In this document: positions 62,701 to 64,000 of the stretch, in pieces | Position numbering within the stretch: position 1 is the stretch's first letter | How the letters are laid out: each line of letters starts with the position of its first letter | Assembly: GCA_963924565.1 (NCBI GenBank) | Contig: OZ004609.1 | Location: 17,546,001-17,610,000 of the forward strand | Length of the DNA: 64,000 bases | Origin: Ascidiella aspersa | Lineage: Eukaryota | Reading direction: 5' to 3' | Made by a program: the position numbers and the translations under genes | The notes under the pieces: model-generated | Seen by the model: the letters and a program-made list of their open reading frames with translations, nothing else | Databases searched by the model: none | What the model was told of the DNA's origin: nothing

Positions 62701-64000
62701 CTGCTTACGCTTCTCCGCATCCAAAGCCCTCTTCTCTGCGGGCGAGAGGTCCTGGGTGGAAGTATCCTGCGTCACTTGAGGTGAGGTGATCTTTAACCTC
62801 TCTTGGAGGACACTGAGTAAACAAAAGAAGGTAAAAACTTAAAAATAAGTTGTGCTAAAAACGATTGGGTGGTAAAGCACTATAGAATTTTACGCAAAAT
62901 GAAAATATAACATTCAATATATCGTCCAGAAAATAATTTATTTGCTTCTCAGTTTTAATCCTCAAATAGTACACCCACCTTCCTCCTGGAGATAGAGGAG
63001 GCTCGTCTTCTTCATCCAGAGCGTAGCTCACCCTCTTAACATCTTGCTCCAAGGATCGTATCATATCCTCTTCACTTGATGCCGATAATGATCGGCTGTA
63101 GTTGGGATTAAGGCGCTCCCTTGCACTTCTAAATAATAAGTACCTGATGGTCAAAGGAGATAGCAGAGCCAAAGAATAGTGATTTGTGGAACTATTTAAA
63201 TAAAACGTAATAAGAATATCAAAGCCCATACAGAACTAGGTATGATTTTGAAACCTTTGATATTCTTATTACGTCTTACTACAACCTCAAACCATTATGC
63301 TCCAATATTTAAATAAACATGATGAATAAGATAAAAGTAAATAAACAACAATTAATTAAATATTGGTTTTCGCATTGGAATGTTGTTTTTCGCATTGGAG
63401 AATATGCCGAATGCCCAAGCAGTGCTTGCTTTCGAGTTATATTTGTATATGTCAAGGTGGCTTCTTGCATTTAGGTGAGGACCCGTCTCAAGGCGATGCA
63501 TCAATGTACAAAGCTATTGAATTAGACAAAGTGCATTCCATATGATGGCAATTTAATCTCGTTCGGACGCACGCAGTAAGAAGAAAGGGTGTGTGTTTAC
63601 AGAATCGTGAACGGCGAAAGAAACTGAAGCGCATAGCGGTGATTGATCAATTGATAGTAACATTCTCAATAACAAAAAAATACCACACTCTTTCTTCTTA
63701 GATAAAGACAACTCTGCTTGCCCTGCATTTCACTACTTATTCAAATAGAATTAGTAAATTTGGTCAGGATTGGTAATATAGATTTTAACTAAACCGATGT
63801 AACTGTAAAGAGATAATGTCTATCGAAAGGTTAACCTTACACCGCGGTGTAGCCTCAACAACGGCATACTTACAGCTTTTCTGGTTTCTTTTCGACCTTG
63901 TACTGCTTGCCTTCGATCACAACAGTGGAGTCCTGGAGAGCCTCGGGTGGCATGGATGAGACCTGGTTAGCAACATCTTCATCCTCCTCTTCCTCGTCAA
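59793..64000 (-). CDS. SCRIB: Scribble (LAP polarity scaffold), last exons; gene continues beyond the window
   Basis: Exons >64000-63874, 63128-62979, 62812-62687, 60667-60568 and a probable last exon 59801-59793 (TG*). Peptide LSPAEKRALDAEKRKQWRQAR|LKSLEADALQAQMVM matches the recalled Scribble C-terminal motif LSPAELRALEAEKRALWRAARMKSLEQDALRAQMVL. Confidence 0.85.
61365..61500 (+). repeat. tRNA-containing interspersed repeat, highly degenerate third copy
   Basis: ggtcgtgagttcgaacc (B box), tttttt..ctgctttgcttgca trailer and gtttctcg leader match the copy at 23860-24065. Confidence 0.6.
63205..63305. repeat. Foldback/MITE-like interspersed repeat, copy 3 (internally deleted)
   Basis: Inverted arms acgtaataagaatatcaaag ... 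ctttgatattcttattacgt followed by cttactacaacctc..ccattatgctcc. Confidence 0.8.

Noticed and set aside
1-64000. CRISPR arrays, operons or other prokaryotic systems
   Set aside because: The sequence consists of spliceosomal-intron genes; no regularly spaced repeat-spacer array was seen.

Overview
Eukaryotic, AT-rich, compact-intron animal genomic DNA; gene content and repeat style suggest an invertebrate chordate such as an ascidian (inference). Exons were assembled by hand from GT-AG sites and reading-frame phase. In order: (1) the 3' part of a MICAL3-like gene (+, to 15644), whose 4.6-kb intron holds a nested antisense 3-exon gene for a 184-aa secreted somatomedin-B/galaxin-like protein; (2) a small orphan ORF (19632-19937); (3) INCENP (-, 33867-21324); (4) a 12-exon, 507-aa secreted protein: signal peptide, 3 antistasin-like repeats, F-spondin-type Reeler domain, anaphylatoxin(C3a)-like Cys motif and a cationic tail ending in Arg (+, 36290-49377), which is the best novelty candidate; (5) a decayed L1/Tx1-type LINE interrupted by a hAT-like element; (6) a divergent Gsx ParaHox gene with no ParaHox neighbour in the window (+, 55347-57072); (7) the 3' end of Scribble (-). 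Introns carry hAT-type MITEs (two with perfect 8-bp TSDs), a foldback repeat family and a repeat built around an abnormal tRNA cloverleaf. No prokaryotic features or CRISPR arrays. Family assignments rest on recalled motifs, not database searches.
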